Shown in pieces: positions 63,477-64,000 of a stretch of 64,000 bases of DNA. Within the stretch, counting starts at the first letter, position 1. Each line of letters begins with the position of its first letter. This DNA is from Microthyrium microscopicum. Its lineage: Eukaryota. The notes beneath the pieces were generated by a model that was given only the letters and a program-made list of their open reading frames with translations, was not told the origin of the DNA and ran no database searches. The stretch covers positions 1,557,784 through 1,621,783 of the forward strand of contig MU004231.1 in NCBI GenBank assembly GCA_010405405.1, written 5' to 3'. The position numbers and the translations under genes were made by a program.

Positions 63477-63573
63477 CGAAGCGCGTCGTACTAAAAAGGT
63501 CCGAGTTGGCCTTAGACCCTCCTGCGGAGGGAGCCCGCGGACAGGCAGGGTTAGGGTCTGAGAACTGAGATAA
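63477..63573 (-). repeat. Right bipartite terminal inverted repeat
   Basis: CGAAGCGCGTCGTACTAAAAAGGTCCGAGTTGGCCTTAGAC at 63477-63517 and CTGAGATAA at 63565-63573. Confidence 0.85.
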
Positions 63574-63581
63574 GGTCTAGG
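63574..63581. repeat. Right target-site duplication GGTCTAGG
   Basis: Identical to 33981-33988 and immediately follows CTGAGATAA. Confidence 0.85.
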
Positions 63582-64000
63582 CTAGTTTTGTCTAGTCTCG
63601 TCTTCACTTTTGACTCTGAATTCTCTAAAGACGAGAAAGGAACGGACGACAAAGTGTAGAATAGAGGCAGGTCCAACCAGATGAAAACTGGCAGGTGCAA
63701 TAGACAGCAATTGGCAGGGTCGACTGATGGTTCTTGCCTTGCTTGTTAGACTGGTCGTGACTGCCAGATGGTGATCTCTGAGTATCAATTAATTGCTTCA
63801 CCACTTCCTAGTCGGGATAGCGGCCAAGTAGATTAACTCCCTTGATAGTTGATACAGTATTTTCTCTGAATCTGCATCATTCATCAGTCCCTCTAGCTCT
63901 ATCAGGCTTCGAATAGAGCATGTAAGGAGTACAACTTACCTAACAGCTGTTGACTGTCTTTCCCCAGACTCGACTTGTCAAGTTCTCATGCACTCCAGAA

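Larger units (their letters stand above)
33989..63573. mobile_element. Giant (29,585 bp) AcademH-like DNA transposon, RIP-inactivated, with ~22 kb interior
   Basis: 8-bp TSD, TTATCTCAG/CTGAGATAA termini, inner 41-bp inverted repeat, convergent RecQ-like helicase and DUF6589-like transposase remnants at the two ends. An AT-rich, TpA-rich, CpA/TpG-poor composition starts and stops within ~100 bp of these termini. Confidence 0.88.

Noticed and set aside
63548..63556. Telomere or telomere-linked helicase locus (GGGTTAGGG plus RecQ helicase)
   Set aside because: Only about 1.5 repeat units, and they belong to the terminal hairpin. Normal-composition DNA continues beyond it, and AcademH explains the helicase better.
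33989..63573. Starship element
   Set aside because: No DUF3435 tyrosine-recombinase captain was recognised at either end. The terminal genes are a RecQ-like helicase and a DUF6589-like transposase.

Overview
Filamentous ascomycete DNA (GT-AG introns with CTAAC/CTGAC branch sites) in two sharply different halves. Positions 1-33.9 kb are ordinary gene-rich sequence: DUR3 urea transporter, DHA1-type MFS transporter, secreted HExxH metallopeptidase, glucosylceramide synthase, PNS1, a tandem family of five small unannotated membrane proteins (one pseudogenised), a NAP-family histone chaperone, an atypical ATP-dependent DNA ligase, acetoacetyl-CoA synthetase and glycogen synthase. Positions 33989-63573 are one ~29.6 kb AT-rich insertion heavily mutated by RIP and almost invisible in the ORF track. 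It has an exact 8-bp target-site duplication (GGTCTAGG), 9-bp perfect terminal inverted repeats, a second 41-bp imperfect inverted repeat just inside each end, and related 20-bp arrays near both ends. Reading through the RIP damage by hand gives a RecQ-like SF2 helicase at the left end (+) and a DUF6589/Academ-type transposase at the right end (-), facing each other. That gene pair defines AcademH transposons, but here it brackets ~22 kb of unidentified cargo-like sequence and tandem arrays. The main candidate discovery is therefore a giant cargo-carrying AcademH transposon (Starship-like in scale, different machinery) inserted 575 bp upstream of the glycogen synthase start codon. All de-RIPped translations and family assignments are manual; no database searches were run.
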